Of a DNA stretch of 64,000 nucleotides, positions 23,801 to 35,007 are shown piece after piece (position 1 is the first letter of the stretch; each line of letters opens with the position of its first letter). A program made the position numbers and the translations under genes. The stretch comes from Takakia lepidozioides. Its lineage: Eukaryota; Plantae; Bryophyta. The DNA is taken from positions 49,042,001 through 49,106,000 of the forward strand of contig CM060732.1 in assembly GCA_030704615.1 (NCBI GenBank). Reading direction: 5' to 3'. The notes below the pieces were generated by a model that was not told the DNA's origin, searched no databases, and worked only from the letters and a program-made list of their open reading frames with translations.

Positions 23801-26097
23801 ACCAAGTGCACAAATTTGGATGTAACATGTGCCCTCTCTGTTGCCCTGCACATATAAAATATGATCATTAGAAAGAAGATGTGTATATGTACATCCATTG
23901 AGCAAGAACATGACAATATTGAACATGAAAGTAAATGAAGAATAGAAAGGAAACTCACACATTCACTCCATCCATGATGGACCTGAGGGAACCACGATTT
24001 TCAATGTCCGCATTGAGCACCCAACTTGTCACACAGACATGTTTTGACAAGTTGGCCCCATGAACTTCATTGATATAGGGATACCATGCTTGAAGCCTAT
24101 GATTCCCATCCCAGACATGAAACATCTTCCCCCGAAGATGATGCAACTTTGGCTTGGACTCAAGATACTTCTCAAACTCATCATTGACTGTTTTCCAATG
24201 ACTATCCCAAGTAGAGATGATATCAGGACCTACATCTATAGTAGATCCATCAATCCCCTCAACAGAAACATAGAACACGGCTGCTCCTGGATGGTATCCA
24301 GAATAGAAGTCTCCTCTAAGCTTTAGGATGTCGTTGGCAAGGGCGGGCCTAACAACCTGCATAGAAATCATGCGACACAATGGAATGTCCATAACTCCAT
24401 CCTCAATGAGGAGGGACCTGAAAGTTACATTCAGATCTTGTTTCTTTTCCAAAATAATTGCCTTTTTGGCATCTAGAGAAAGAGGATCACTAGATGTTGT
24501 ATCCTCTTCATACTCATCTACCCCCCAATTCCCTGCATCAATGTCGTCAATAATGGTTGCAGCGTCCCGGCCTCCACAGCTTCAGTTGTAGTAGTAATTT
24601 CCTAATTCCATAGACCAAAACAGTTCAAGATGTCAGTGTATGAGAAGAGCACATGGGTGAATGTATAATATGTAAAAAGAGCAGTTCAGTGTCATGGTTG
24701 CATGAAGAAAACAAATGAAGTTGGATAGTCAACTAATTCCATGAATATCCTTGTCTTTCAAAGCTTACAACTTGGAGCAGAATACAGGCCTGAGCATCCC
24801 GACAAAGGACCTCCGACCACCTACGCCGGCGCATATGACACATATGTGCAACCAACTCAAAATTTGACAAGATTTGAGGCCCTTGAAGAAATTTTTGCTC
24901 AAGGAGCTCCAAGCACATGCGCCGGTGCATACCATGGAAGGGAGGTTGTAGCCAAACATACATGAGCACCTTGAAAGATCAAACTAGGCCTATGGAAGCA
25001 TGTGGAGTTGTGGAGGTGGCAACGTAGAAGCTTTGAGATACTTGAATACTGTGATCAACCAAAATAGGGAAGGTTCCCCAAGCGTCTGCGCCGACGGAGA
25101 TGGCAGCCTCGACACTTTGGAGCTTACGTAACACAAGGAATATACAACAAAAAACCAAGCTCCAAGCATCTCCGCCGGCGGAGATGCTTGCATGAGGTTC
25201 ATGTAACCTAGGAGCTAAGCAAAAAAAGATTGTCCTCAATGGGTATGCGCCGGCGGATATGGCCCAACCCGCTCGGAGTATCAACAACTTATGAGAATGC
25301 GGAGAAACAAAAGAGATGGAAGGGGGGGAGAACTTCCTGAAATATGTGAGCAACCCTGCTGCACGGGTCTGCGTTGACAGAGTGGCAGCCTTGGCGCTTT
25401 GGAGCTTCCGTAACACAGGGAATATGAAAAAAAAAACCAAGCTCCAAGTGTCTCCGCCGGCGGAGACGCTTGCAGGAGGTTCCTGAAACCTATGAGCTGA
25501 GCAAAAAAGAATGTACTCAATGGGTATGCGCCGGCGGATATGCCAGCGCAGCCCACTCGGAGCATCAGCAACTTTTGAGCATGCGGAAAAACAAAGGAGA
25601 TGGAAAAGGGGAGAACTTCCTGAAACATTTGAGCAGCCCTGCTGCACAGGTATGCGCCGACGGATACGCCAGCCCAACCCGCTCGGAGCATCAGCAACGT
25701 ATGAGCATGCAAAAAATAAACGGGATGGGAGTAGAGGAGCACTTCCTGAAACATGTGAGCATCCCAGCTCCAACGGTATGCGCCGGCGGAGGTGGCAGCC
25801 CAGCCCTTCCAAGCATCAGAAAAACCCAAGGGGAATGAGCTGTCTCCGCCGGCCGAGACGGTTGTATATATGTGTGGAGATTCACAAACTTGTGAGAGTT
25901 GAAGTGACTTAGGCATCTGCGCCGGCGGAGGTGCTAGATTAGGAGCAGCTTGGTGGGGCTTATGCGATGGCGCATATGCCTAAGTGCAGGTCATGAAAAA
26001 AAACAAAACTACAGCTTACCTTCTCCGTCCGCAACTTGCCTCTACCACCACCACCACCAGCAACGCCTCCCCCTCGAGTGTCCTTCTTCCTCCCCAT
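20898..26097 (-). pseudogene. Multi-exon ParB/Srx-like + beta-class amino DNA methyltransferase-like fusion gene, copy A
   Basis: Putative exon 1 MGRKKDTRGG (26097-26020); IPLCRM..VVRPAL..DI.KL..FYVS..VWDGNHRL (23955-24452); VDIIIVDCPTG..ANDLLDDNGCLVF (21944-22276); RSPAFMQVLLETCSPPSSRILDLTAGT|GSTFIAARESGRHVFGLEGD (21700-21440); last exon 20898-21170; stops and a mutated acceptor (cgg at 21503-21501). Confidence 0.75.
24820..25976. repeat. Array of ~13 palindromic T(A/C)T(G/C)CGCCGGCGGA(T/G)A motifs within putative intron 1 of copy A
   Basis: tctccgccggcggaga at ~25169 and 25451; tatgcgccggcggata at ~25244 and 25525; variants at ~24822, 24918, 25085, 25651, 25777, 25843, 25917 and 25961, inside longer imperfect repeat units. 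Confidence 0.8.
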
Positions 26098-27040
26098 CGC
26101 CGCAACAGCTCGTTGCCTCGGGGTGGTATAGTATAAGGCCGAGATGCGGCGCCTCCGTCTCCTCTTCGCAACGGGAGTCTCCAGGGTGTAGAGACTAGAG
26201 ACGTGTTAAGTGCTTGTGTAGTTTGTGTGTGTTTGTTTGGGGGAGTGGCAAGGGATAATGTGCAAGTATACTACGTTAGTGTAGTAATGATACCGGGTTA
26301 GTCATGTAGTAATGGCAACAAGTTTAACTGAATGGAAACAGTTTATTAACAAAAAAGTAGAGGTTGTTTCATTGAATAGAGCATGGCTTGTTGGTAAGGT
26401 TGTGGTGTATTTTCCACTAGGTTGCGGGTTCAAACCTGCCCCCGCCAAGGAGAGCGGGGGGAAAGGGGGGCGAAGGCTAAGGCCTTAAAAAGGCCAAATT
26501 GGCCAAATCTGAAATATGAACCTTTTTTATACACTCTGGCGTTAGTGCTTTTTGGAGTACATTGGTTACACGTGGATCCTCAGAAGATGGTTGTACGATT
26601 GACATGTTACTTTGTGGCGGCACCTTCATAATACAATATAAAGTAAGTGATAAAGTAACTAAATATTTTGTTATGGGTGTCTTAATCAATTTATTGGTTT
26701 TAGAGTCAATTGTCACCACAAATACTTGTACTCATTACTCATACATGAGTAATCAAAGAACAAATCAACATACATGTCATGGGATTTGATTGTAAATAAA
26801 TTGTGCCGTCTAGTGTGTCAGTTCATAGTTGGACGATTAATCAACGATTGGTTATAAAATAAATGGAAACATGCAAAGCATTTATGTTTCATATGCTCAT
26901 AAGAAGAAGGCAGTACATTGGATTCTAAGATCTCAACAACGGCGCCGCCGTCTTAAAAATAGGGGATAGTCCATTTAGTTGTTTCTGTCAGAGAATAATA
27001 TGGATGGAGCACATGCCTTAAAAAATTTGGACCTTCTGGA

Positions 27041-30000
27041 TTGATGATACACATAAGTAATGTAAGCCATTTAATGTATTTGCATAAGGTCTTGCAAGAT
27101 GTGCGCTTTCATTCATTTTGCATCTTTTCTCAAACTTTGAGGGCATTGCTTTCATGTCCACCTGATGCAAAAGTGGTTCGTTATCCTTGCAATGGAAACA
27201 AGTGCATTATCCCAGAACCTTGGTTATGCAATAGATTCAAACTTGTTCCGGGTTCAGTTTTTTGGAGGATGATGGAGATGATGATGCCTCCACAGTGTTG
27301 CTTCCAGTTTTCAATGACGGCCAAAAGCAATGGGAGTTGTTTCCAGACACTTTCTCCAAGTATCGTGTCATAGGTACGAGCTATACACAGTCACATGATG
27401 AGAGGCACACTTCTATTGCAAGAAAGAACGATCAAGCTGCAACAAATGGGAGTTGTAAATTAACGGAGGAGGTTGCAGATTCGGCGAGCTTGGGGTCTCA
27501 TAATTCGGATTGTGTTGCGGTTTCTAAGAGTGTATTTTGTGGATCTCAACCTTCCTCATCTACTCATAAGGTCTTGCTTCACGACATGAAGCCTCGGAAA
27601 ACTCCATTGGACAACACCACGTCTGATTGTTGCGAATCTGCGAGGGTTTATCTTCATCTCCACGACTAGCAGGGGAGGCTACATCTGCATTTCCTTCTGG
27701 TGTGTTGTCCATTTTGAGTATCTTGGCCACTGCTCGGAGGAATGGATCAAAAGGAGAGCTTTCTACCTTGGACTATAGTCACATTATAGTGCATCGTGTT
27801 CGGTGTCTTCCTCGATCTTTTGATGGAAAAGTGATCCATGAAATCCCCCCCGTGGTCAAACTACGTATGGACCGTGGTTCACAGTCCCTCCAAGGCATGG
27901 ACGGCAAGTTTGATGGTTATCCTTGGTGCAAGACCAATACCTACAATATGTCTGGTGTTCCAGATCATGTGAAATGTAGTAGGTTCTTTGTGTTGGAAAG
28001 CTCATATGTCAAAGCAGCACTTGCCCCTTCTTCAAGAAAGAAGGAGAACGGAATGACCGCTATTGGGAAGGCAATGCAAACAAGGTGTTCATTGCAAGAG
28101 CCCAAGTTCCATTCAACCAGTTTAAGTGTAGTTTCTGCAAAGAAAGACCTTTCTATTCTTGAAGAATTTGCCCATGTTTGTAGCCCCAATGTGAAAAACA
28201 AGGTCGCATCTGCACGTGTCAATTCCATCATGTCCATATTGGAGTTGAAGCGTCTGAGTACATAGCATTTCATTCACAGCAATCTCCTTCCAGGCCAGCA
28301 TACTTCTCTTCTCCCCCATGTTTTCAAGATGTCTGTTGCTGGTTCCGGGAGTGGTGTTGATCTTGTGCGTCGCATGAGTGAGGGGGATCTACGCACAAGT
28401 TGGGTAGTATTTGACCATGTCAAACGCATCAAGGATTGGACAACTCTTGCGTGTCATGTCTATGAACCATATGTCAAGCGAATGATGACCATTGCTATTT
28501 GCGATATGAAAACAGAGGATGCAGATGCTCAAGTGTTATTCTGGGAGATGATCAATGAACAAGCAAAACTTGCTGGCTTGAACAAACCAAATTTTGCTGG
28601 CTTCATGGCGGATGCAGCAGGAGCGAATTGGGCTGTTGTTCGAAGGGTTTATGGATCTGATCCCAATGTCCCAATGGAAGGTAAATAAAGAGCATGTTTA
28701 TATCATTGGGCTGAAAGCTTCCGAAGACACACCAACGACTATATCTTGGAGGACTTCCGTGAAAGGCACACTCAGCTCTGTTATGAATGGAAAGATAGTG
28801 CTACCTTGGAGGATGCTACAACCACATACATTGCAATTCGGGCTTGGTGGCTCTCTTCAGGAGCATGCACAGAAAAGAGTCTGCCAAAACTAGATTCATG
28901 GCTTGCATGGTGGCACTACAGATATCGAATGTGGGGCCAATGGATGAGAGAGGACATGGATGTGGAGGCAGATGCAGATATGCCTACCACTAATTTGTCT
29001 GAGGCAGTCCATTCTGCTTGGTGGAAGACAGCAGGCAATGGGAAAAAAATGAAGGTGGATCTATATGAGGCCACCATGCATGACATGTCACGAGCTCTTT
29101 TGCAGCAGACATACAGGCACACCACAGGAAAGACATGGGGGACGGGGCTCGACAAAGAGGAGCTCATGTTGCGTCAAGCAGCTAGATCTAATAGCCCAGC
29201 AAAAATGGGTAAGGTTGTACGTGGCATAGTAGCTGGAACACCCATGCACACAAGGGGGTTCAATTGGAGGGAGACAATCGCACTGTTCCAATCAAACGCA
29301 AGTTAGGCGATGAGCATGGTGGGCCAAACGAATCTTGGAGGTGTGATATGAATGTAAAGAATGTTCCAGTGCGCGCCATTGGGATGCCCAGTCCACACCA
29401 GCCATCTAGGTTTGTCAGCTCCAAATCAAGTCATGACATTCCTGGTTCTTCGACTTTCTGTGAGACAAATCCACATGTTGCTATCCCTCCTCAGTCAATG
29501 CAATGGGGAAATCCAGTGAGAGAGACACAAGACTTTTCCGATGCATTGTTCAGGATTCAGCGGACAGGTCCTGCTTCCATGGTTCGTTGTTCTGCCTTGG
29601 TTGGAGTTTCCAAGGATAAATGCAAAGCGCTCATCAGGAAAGGTAAAGGAAGTCCTGCACCTTGCTTCACTGGCAAGTTACTAGCACCGAACATGAAAGA
29701 ACCAAAACTGCAAGTTTTTTGGTTTTGCCCCACAGATGTTTTGTCGTGTGTTGGAGGGACCGTGCCATCCTATTGCTTGGGAAAACCGGGTATACCTAAC
29801 ATGTGGCCTATGAAGGTTGGAACCAACCTTACATAAGAAGAGGTGGACAACTTGACCCTTGCAGGTTTTCGACTAGTCCATCCTCCCAACGTCCCTGATC
29901 CGAACTTTCCTGTGGGACCACTTCCAGTAGAACAACATATTCATTAAGGTGTTGTCCTTCCTATGGGTAAGTATCCCACTACACGCTATGGGGTGCGCAT

Positions 30001-30373
30001 TTGGCGTCGGGATCCGACTCCTTGACACTTGAGTCGCCAAGAGTCAGCGGAGACTTTTATTGCTGAGGTTCGTGGATTCAGAAACGTGCCTCAGCCAGGT
30101 TATGGGAGAATTTACCAGCTACAAACAGAGGGATCTACCAGAGCAGGATTGGTTTACAATGTATACATTGGTCAGTTTCCATCTTGTGATTGTCCCGACT
30201 TTGATGAGCTATCTATCAAGAAGAAAAAACAAACATATCTACCTTGTAAGCACATGTACTTCATGTACAACGTGCATCTAGGATGCGCCGGGGCTTATGA
30301 GATCCACCAACCTTCCCTTAGCCAGTTAGAGGTTAGGGCTATGCTAAAGAAGGACCCTAGTTCAACTTCTTAG
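27041..30373 (+). pseudogene. Mutator-like (MULE) transposase with GCM-like N-terminal and SWIM C-terminal domains, copy 1 (decayed)
   Basis: DGYPWCKT..; WVVFDHVKR (D1), FAGFMADAAGANW (D2), CLYH, PTTNLSEAVHSAW (E), CDCPDF..CKH (SWIM); many stops and frameshifts; ~95-codon deletion at ~28150 relative to copy 2. Confidence 0.85.
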
Positions 30374-30504
30374 TGACACATGAAATGCACAAAAAAAGAA
30401 CCTCTAACTTGTGCCGTTCATTTTCATGCATGTGACATGTAATTATCTTGTTACTACTTTATCGCCAAACACCACAAAAACAAGTTGTTGCCACCACAAT
30501 TTGG

Positions 30505-32487
30505 CTAAGAATGTATCACCTTTTCTGCACCATCCACACAAGATGTGGCTAGATGATGGAGCTTCTCCAATGTCATCGTGGGCTTCAGAGCGCGGGAGTA
30601 GTGCTTCCCCACCTCCACCAGAAAGTCGGCACCAAGGGCGGGATCAGCTATGGCCACGTACTTTACCATCCGCGACTTGTACTTTATGCGGGCCCTCACC
30701 TCCGCAGCTTTGAGATACGATTCGAGTGCCGGGAGGGTTAGATTCTTCTCCTCTGACTCCATGTAGAACCTCCGCGCATGTGCCAAATCCTGCTGAATTT
30801 TCGTCTGTCAAGAATGCGCACATAAGATTAGAGATCCTGCTCAACACTTTTTCTTCTATTGGGGGAGGAGAGACATATATGGATAACAAAACAGTCAGGA
30901 GCTTTACCCGAAATATGTAGTCCACCATGGCGTCCATGCTCAGCCTATACCAGGTTCTGTCTGCCTTTGCCTCCGACTTGCGCAGGAGGTCGGCATTGAG
31001 CGAATTGGCAAACTCTTGCACCCCCTACTTCCCGACATCCTTCACTCGGAAGAGCATATGGGACAAGTTGGTGGCAATGAAGGCATTCTCAGTCACCCTG
31101 CAATGCCACATTTCCATCAAACAATTCTGAAATGGGAATTTACAACAAATATGAGGATTCGCAATGAAATGACTTACAATCGGATGGGTCCAAAAGCAAG
31201 AGGCGTTGTAACTTACGAGTTGATGTCCGTCATTGCAGCTTTGAGAAGACTGCGATCTTTGGGCCCCGCAACCTTCAGCACAACACACTCCACGGTGAAA
31301 TGCCAATCGAGGTCGTTGGGGTGGGCTTCGGCTATGTGCTCCATCCATGCTAGGAGGCGATGATTGCCGTCCCACACGTAAAACATCTTTCTGGACAAGT
31401 GCTGGAAAAGAGGATCAGTAACAATCAATCTCTCGAACTCCTCATTTCGCCTTTGCCAATGGGGACCCCATTTGTCCACCTCATCGGAAGTGTGGGCACG
31501 GGAAGCTCCGTGGTCGTTCTCAATGGAAACGTAAAATGCGGCAGACCCTATTCGATATCCATCCCGGAAAGAGAATTTCAGCTTGTCGATATCGCCTGGG
31601 AGGGCAGGTCTCACCACCTGCAAAGACACCAAGCGGCAAAGGGGAATTCGAAGCTTGGCTGGGTACACCATGCCCCCCAGCACCCTGCCAATGTTGCTGT
31701 GGGTTGCCTCCAACATCTTGGCAGCGGCCAACTTCATATCCGCCTCGGACATGACGTCTGCTGTAGAGGGGTTCTCCGGCAACCCACCAGGACCGCCAAA
31801 TCCAGCCTGTATGCTGCGGGTTTGGGGCCTGGGGATGTCTGGGAGGATGTCATCCTGGTCAAAAAGCTCGGTGTCGTCCTCCTCAACATGGTGAACCACC
31901 GGCGAAACCACCTCGAGCACTCTCCCTGTCTCTACTGCCATCTCCCCGGCTTCACCTCGAACTTGCACAATCCGTGCTCTTTGTGGTGTTCTTTCCTCTC
32001 CTCCACTCTCCACCGTATGGGTAATTGCGGGGGCTGCTCTTGTCCGCGATGGTGTAACCGGTGTGTTACTGCCTCTTTGTGGTGTCTTGGAGGGATCCAC
32101 TATCTCTGTGCGTCCCTCGCTTACATTGGCATCTGTTATTTGGGCACCCCTGGCCTCTTCAGTGGCCTTTTCTCTTTCCTCCTGGCTAGCCTTCTGTCTC
32201 GCCTGTTCTTTTGCCCTCTCTTTTGCCCTCTCACGGGCTTTCTGTTTCTTACTAGGGCTAGCAGCAGGGGAGCCCTCCAGGACGACCACCTTTGATTGAG
32301 GAGAAGGAACACCCTCGCGCGCACTGCTCACTCCCCCCTCCGCAGCCCGTGACGGCTCTCTCACCGGGGATTGCATGTGCTTAGCTTTCTTCTTCTTCTT
32401 TGTGTGGGCGGGCCCTACTGCATGTGCATCAACAACCTCCATTGCCGGATCTGCTGTCCTCACGTCCTCACGCCCTTCACCTGCCAT
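30505..32487 (-). pseudogene. ParB/Srx-like gene, copy B (3'-truncated before the MTase domain)
   Basis: LRIPLCRLVSLQVVRPALPGDIDKLKFSFRDGYRIGSAAFYVS..MFYVWDGNHRLLAW; later exons RVTENAFIATNL.. and ..KYKSRMVKYVAIADPALG align closely with copy C. Confidence 0.75.
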
Positions 32488-33009
32488 GCCGCCTGCACCA
32501 ACCTCCCCAATGCCTATTTTGTCGTACCCTCGCTACAGGTCCTCCCGTCCACCAACAAAAGGTTGAAGTTTGCCCTCTCGCCCCAAGTTGGGTGATTCAA
32601 ACATGCGATGAGTTGGAGCGGTCGATGATACCACCAGCGTGCCGGGCTCGTCGTCACTCTGTCATTCCCAAAATCGTCAGAACCAACATCGGTGCCAAAA
32701 CCAGCAGCGCAACGAGCAGCGCAACCACCAGCAACAATCGTGGAACAACAATGAAAACAAAACAAATTTAGGAAGTATGGAGTGTCATGGAACAACAATG
32801 AAAACAAATCTAACCAATGCCTACGAATGACATGCTTCTAGCGATGCCAGGATGAATATGCAAAAACAAAGCGAAACAACAAAGCGAAAGCGAACAAAGC
32901 GAAAGCAGGAGTGGCTTGCCTGAGAGTACTCGGCTTCAGTTGGCGCGGGTTGTGAGCAAGACACTGGAATCTCCTGTTGGAGCTTAAGTTTGGCCATGCG
33001 AGAGATTGG

Positions 33010-33029
33010 CCGTCGTCCGTACCGTAGTG
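33010..33029. mobile_element. Probable CACTA terminal inverted repeat (right end, ...CCGTAGTG)
   Basis: Minus strand reads CACTACGGTACGG exactly where the hAT reading frame (..ILTQVC) loses its expected continuation; no matching left end found in the window. Confidence 0.55.
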
Positions 33030-33733
33030 TAGCACACTTGGGTAAGAATACGCTTCGAAATGGGAGCCAATGTTCTTGCTTCAGCTCCAATCAAATCCCA
33101 CCATTCATGTGGCAACATATTGAGCTCTTTTGGATCTGGCATGTCCTCAAAAGGGTCGCGGGGATCTGAGAAGCATTGGTACTCGTATATAGTTCTATCT
33201 GCCATATTCAAAGGAGTCAGTCGCATGAGCACTCGCACGAGGTCGGCCTTGGCATCAGCGTCGTCTCGGAGCATGGTATTGTCGAGCAAGAATGGATTGA
33301 GCAAAGCCCCCACATAATGCAAGTCCGTTCGAACCATCGAACGACGGTCGTAAAATACATCCTCAGCACTGTCCGCAAGTTCAGGTTCCAAGGAGAAGAG
33401 ATGATGCCTCAAGGATTGGACGTGTTTCTCAAGATTTTGCATTAGTAACCATGTTTTGCCCATTGCTGGTTGCTTTTCATCAAACTCCTGTAAGACGATT
33501 AACACCGGCTCTACCGTATAAACAAAATTTTCACATTTCTTCCAGAAATCATCGCTGCGAATATTGTTCCGAATTTTTTGACTTTTGCCCAATGACTTGG
33601 CTTTTCTGGAGTCTCGCAATATCCATGTGTACGCATCCCATTGAGGATCGATGATGGTGTGCTCCAGACTGCTCTTCACCGTCACCAACCGATCCACCAT
33701 CTGGTTGCACTGGTGGTGTCTCTCGGGCTGCAA
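33030..33733 (-). pseudogene. hAT-superfamily transposase C-terminal fragment
   Basis: DDFWKKC..VEPVL.VL..FD...AMG, LHYVGALLNP, PHEWWDLIG..L..ISKRILTQVC (hAT dimerisation region). Confidence 0.8.
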
Positions 33734-35007
33734 ACTCTGAAATCCCTGATAGACTTTTCAAGAGTCATGGAAGATGGAAATCAGAACTGGCAAAAGATGC
33801 ATATGTCACCGCTGATTTAGATCACAAGTTATCCGTCACTAAAAAGCTAGGTTTAGGGCCAAACAACGATGTTGATGAGCTTCGACAGTGGGAAGTGTAG
33901 AGTGGGTTACGCTAGCTGCAATGGAAGATGAAGAGTTCAAGAACATAAAGTTCTTTCTTACTCAGAAATGCTCCCGGTATTTTTGAACCAACTGTCTCTT
34001 CTATTAGTCAAGGTGTATGACAATTCCATTTTTAAGGAAGTCAAATTATATTACTACGAAATGAAAAATTGTATCGATTGAAATAAGTGACAATTTAAAG
34101 TTCGTAGTAAATAATACATGATAAACTACAAAATTTCCTATCAAAGATTTGTACTAATGACCATTGACCAGGTAGTAGGAAAGTAAAAAGGTGCGGGAGT
34201 GGGATGTAGTTACGTCGATATGATGATAGAGCTTGACTGGAGCTGGATCAACAATTGACCAATGCCTGCTATAAGAGATCTACTAGTGCAACAAAGAACT
34301 ATCAACAGATTTTACTTCTTTGTGCCTCCTCGCTACCTGACTTATTATCCCACCCACCCAGGCCAGCTTTAGAGAGAGAGAGAAGACTCCGGCCGAGGCC
34401 GACGTAACTAAGAGCCACTTCGCCTTGCGGCTACTGCTCCCTTTGGGGGGTGGACCAACTTTACATAATTTAGCAAAGATTGTGGTGGGCACATCGATGC
34501 ATAAAACAAAGGCTGAAGTGGATGCAGTCCCCAAGAACTGTGATCTGAGGCCCTTCTCAATCATTTGCCCTCACCCCTCACCGGCAGCGATAAATTGTCA
34601 AGCTTTCTTTTGGTATGGATGACCGGATCTTTCATGGCAATTTGTGGGTTCTTCTCGAAGTAGCCTAGGAGAGCCCCGGCTAGGTCTCTAGACTGGCGGA
34701 ACTCTAGTTCAAGTTCCGATCCGTCTTGCCCAAACTGATGAGAAGCTCCACCTTCCCAATCGTGAAGTAGAGAACGGCAGTCTCCAACTGGGCTTGCCCC
34801 TCCAACACCAACATCAACGATCACTGCTTTAGGAAGATTAGGATCCATCATCCCAATATCCCATGATCGTGCTAGGGATGCACTGTCGACGTTCGATTGT
34901 TGAATGTATCCCTTTGCAAGAGCCCCTTCAGGATATCTCTCTTTCTAAACTGTGGCAGAACTCTAGTTGTAGTCCTGATTCGTCTTGCCCAACTGGTTGA
35001 GAAGTAA

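Noticed and set aside
24979-25916. Long ORFs (277 and 211 aa) over the copy A repeat array
   Set aside because: Overlapping frames on both strands arise from the GC-rich repeat; the region is better explained as an intron
26383-26442. tRNA gene
   Set aside because: Only A/B-box-like motifs; no convincing acceptor or anticodon stems
31360-32295. 311-aa plus-strand ORF and similar long antisense ORFs (e.g. 18980-19573, 47407-48105, 56297-57058)
   Set aside because: Shadows of recognisable coding sequence on the opposite strand
34283-35000. Minus-strand frames with an internal repeat (QFGQDGSELELEFRQS / QPVGQDESGLQLEFCHS)
   Set aside because: Possibly a gene relic cut by the inverted duplication, but broken by stops and with no recognisable family
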